Shown: piece by piece, positions 60,785 to 64,000 of the stretch
Layout: each line of letters begins with the position of its first letter
Position numbering within the stretch: the stretch's first letter is position 1
Assembly (NCBI GenBank): GCA_044892525.1
Contig: CM097888.1
Coordinates: forward strand, 73,594,001 to 73,658,000
Reading direction: 5' to 3'
Length of the DNA stretch: 64,000 nucleotides
Source: Schmidtea polychroa
Lineage: Eukaryota
Made by a program: the position numbers and the translations under genes
Notes under the pieces: generated by a model
What the model saw: the letters and a program-made list of their open reading frames with translations, nothing else
Databases searched by the model: none
What the model was told of the DNA's origin: nothing

Positions 60785-63165
60785 GCCTAATTATTTCTTA
60801 GTATTAGTATTAATTGTTTTTGCCACTTTTTAAAGTAAATATGTTAGTGTTAATATTAACCCTTTGTCATAAATGTACAATAATTTGACCTAAAAAATTT
60901 GATTTAAACTTTTAAATAATAATAAATTTTACTATGTATTCATTTCATTTACTACCAAAAATTAATGTCACAATTTTTATTTAATTCATTTTGTTATTGG
61001 ATAGCAGATGAATGATGATACCAAAGTTAACCATTTTAAGGTTTTTGATCTATCAAATTTTAATAAAAAAACAAGGAAATATTTTTAATAAATTTGTAGC
61101 ATTATTTTCCACATAGCTTCTAAATTTGGAGTTATATTAACTGCCATTCTTGAAATCATTTGTAAAAATCAAGCCAACGTGTACTAACTTTAAACATTCA
61201 ACGATACGATGAACCAGAGAGACATCGAATAATGGCTACTGAGAATGAACTAATTGGCGAGGTGAAAACACGAGGGAAACGTAAAAGATGCAAAAACCAG
61301 AAATGGTTTTTTAAATACATTCACGATTTCCGAATCAATGATCAATAAAATAAAGCGTTAGACAATTTTAGTATAAGAAGATGAAAGATTCGCAACATTC
61401 GAGATTCATTTCAGAAAAGCACTAGCTGAATTGTTAAAATCGAGACAAAAGGAAGAAGACATTGTACAAGACTTCATTGCAAACAAAGCACGAAATGGGA
61501 AATTAATGAAACTACTAACGAAGTTGGGGAAAAAATTAAAGAAACCACAACACCAGCTCATTTTTTGAACCTAACGGAAATGTTATTTGTAAAGCCGAAT
61601 ATGTTAAAGTTACCGGTAAGTGCATATATGCATAAATAACTCAAAGTGGAAAAATCAATAAGCAGCATAAATTTCCACCTCAAAATGTATAATATCATTT
61701 TGAAAACGAATGTAAGAATCGATAAACTATTACCAATCAAGGAGAGATGAATATTTTATATGAACATCCAAATAATGTTTAGAATGCTATTATGGAAGAA
61801 AACAATTTGCAAAAGAATAAACATTTCTGAAAGAAAATTACTAACCGTGAGTATGAAGAATAATAAAAAAAAGACTATTTAAAGACAGTAGATGTTTACC
61901 TTCCTTACCTATTCATAAATTAGCGGTGAATGAATACAAAAGATTTGAGTTCCCAGTTGTAAAGCAATGTTTAATATGCGGCCCTTTGAGACCCTTATTT
62001 TTTACAAGAAGGAGCGCTACAACGAAAAAAAGAATAGTATGTATACATGAAGAAGAGAAACAGCATGCAAGAAAAAATAATGCTATAAACATAAACGATT
62101 AACGAACAGAAAATAACAACATTGGTCAATCCTGATGTTAATTATTGCGTCTCTGTGTGCGTTGTTTTTTGAAAGTGTACTTATTTGATGTGTGCGTACA
62201 CAGACGCGAACAATGTATCTTGATTTTGCAATTTTGCTTAGTCTTGGAATTTTCGATTTGTGCTGGAAACGCAAGTCTGGCCCCCCAAATAAAAAAACGG
62301 ACATGAATAAAAAATGATGGTTTTACTTCAAGGTGAAAATGAAATAAACAATTACATTTATTCATGTACCATAAATGATCTAATAAGCACTATATAATGG
62401 GCCGAATCCTAAAGAAACCTTTTAATTAAAGTCGGAGCATCGTTTAAATTTCACTAAATAAAAACTTTCTCGTATCCTAATTAACTGAGACTTAATCATT
62501 TTCTTAAGTTAAAAAAGATTCTCTAACAAAACTTTCAATGGGTGGTGAGGTCTTTTAAATTAGTAAAGCAATGTTACATGTCGCGAAATTTCTCAGATGT
62601 GTACGGAATTCGAACCCCGGAGTGTGTCTATAAATTTCCCCAAATCGTTAAAGGGTAGTGCTGGACAATTAAAATATTAGCCTCACAGGATTGCTTAACA
62701 CTAAATATTAACAGCGCAACAATTGTCGATACCAAACGTTGTCGACAACAGTTGCTCTAATGTGAATCACTGCATTACATTCAATATGTTTGATAAAAGA
62801 AAAATTGCTATCGTGCACACATGCATTGACATGGGTGTGCATGAGTTGCACATGTAGAGGTTTATGTAGTATGGACGGGGGTAGGATGTTCCATCTATCT
62901 GCTTCACTGGAAGAGACTGGCATGTGAAGTCGGTGGCGTGGGTAGGGTGCGTGCTGTCTGTCTTTCCTGCCTCACAGGCAGTAACAACGCATGGAGGCAT
63001 GATTGAGTGTCAGAGCACGGAGTGAGTGCATTGTGGTCTTTATACGATGGTAGAGAGATAGGCCAATGAGAGCACATCACAAGTCATTATACTCAACTCA
63101 CTCCTATGGCAGAGTGACATGTTAATTGATCATATTTTGTAACATTATTTTCATCGTATTAGAAC

Positions 63166-64000
63166 ATGTCGACACAAAAGAGTATCATGAATTTCTTCCA
63201 AGTCATTCCAAAGAATTCTGTGACTTCAGTCACTTCATCCAGTGATAGTATCTCTGCTACTATGTCCTCAACTTGTGCTAGTCCTTCATCTGTACCTGCT
63301 ATTTCATGTATCCGTGACAGTGCAGTGATGTCCTCATCTTCTTGTGCACATGCTAAGACTCTGTCATCTACTAAATGTGATCTGGGTGAAGAAATGCCAT
63401 GTAAATTTCTGATGTAAATTACTGATGTAAATTTCCCAAAGACTTCGTTTGGTTCAAGGGAACGCTCATTTTCGTCTGTGTGGTATAATGGAAGACCATA
63501 TTTGGAGTACTCTATTGAGAAAGATGCAGTCTTCTGCTTTTGCTGTAGAAAATTTTCATTGCCCGGCTCTGCTGGCGAAAGTGCTTTCAGAACAGGAGGA
63601 TTCCGAAATTGGAAATCGGCTTTAAAAAAGGAAAAGGTTTTCAAAAGCATGAATCTTCTGCTGGCCACATCCATGCCATGGAACGCTGGAAAGAGAAACA
63701 GCTGAGATGTGAAAAAGGTGAGGAAGTTTGCACTTTGATTAATGAAACACAGCTGAAGAACAACCGTTATTATGTCAACGAAATCGTTGACGTTGTAAAG
63801 TTTCTTGTGACAAATGAATTAGCCTTTCGTGGTGACAGTTTCAGTAGAGATGGTATTGATGAGGATGATAAGCTTCCGTGTGGTCTATTTTTACGTCTCT
63901 TCGAATACACTGTTTAGAAAAATCCTGAGCTGGCTCGAATCATTAAAACGATTCCCAAAATTGCCACGTACACATCACCTCGAATTCAAAATGAAATTAT
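63166..64000 (+). pseudogene. ZMYM1-like hAT transposase 5' part (TTF-type Zn finger and DUF4371-like region), disrupted, continuing beyond the window
   Basis: RSFSSVWY..RPYLEYSIEKDAVFCFCCRKF, GFRNWK, KHESSAGH, LAFRGD, YTSPRIQNEI; frameshifts and stops. Confidence 0.88.

Noticed and set aside
63159-63674. 171-aa minus-strand ORF
   Set aside because: Antisense shadow of the plus-strand hAT transposase; no independent motifs.
1-64000. rRNA, complete tRNA or spliceosomal snRNA genes; naming the host species
   Set aside because: No conserved RNA-gene sequence was recognised. AT-richness, mini-introns and metazoan genes suggest a compact invertebrate genome but do not identify a taxon.

Overview
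AT-rich eukaryotic (metazoan-like) genomic window with very short (about 41-50 nt) GT-AG introns and a dense, heavily nested load of mobile elements. No rRNA, complete tRNA, CRISPR array or prokaryotic operon is supported. (1) At 1-4059 is a Polinton/Maverick-type protein-primed family B DNA polymerase with intact catalytic motifs. It is interrupted by at least four host-sized spliceosomal introns, and splicing restores a putative Cys/His protease dyad upstream of the polymerase. (2) A PNKD/glyoxalase II-like host gene lies on the minus strand. Its 9.7-kb intron contains an intronless otopetrin-like ORF on the opposite strand, a perfect 101-bp-arm palindrome, hAT fossils and a processed actin pseudogene. 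(3) A ~10-kb decayed NeSL/Utopia-like RLE non-LTR retrotransposon is interrupted by an apparently intact hAT transposon and a hAT MITE. (4) There are two Penelope-like remnants, one with a canonical minimal hammerhead ribozyme. (5) A full-length decayed Ty3/gypsy element carries three nested solo LTRs. (6) Several MITEs and unclassified repeats and three diverged copies of an unknown ORF-like sequence are also present. All family assignments come from motif recognition by eye; no database search was run.
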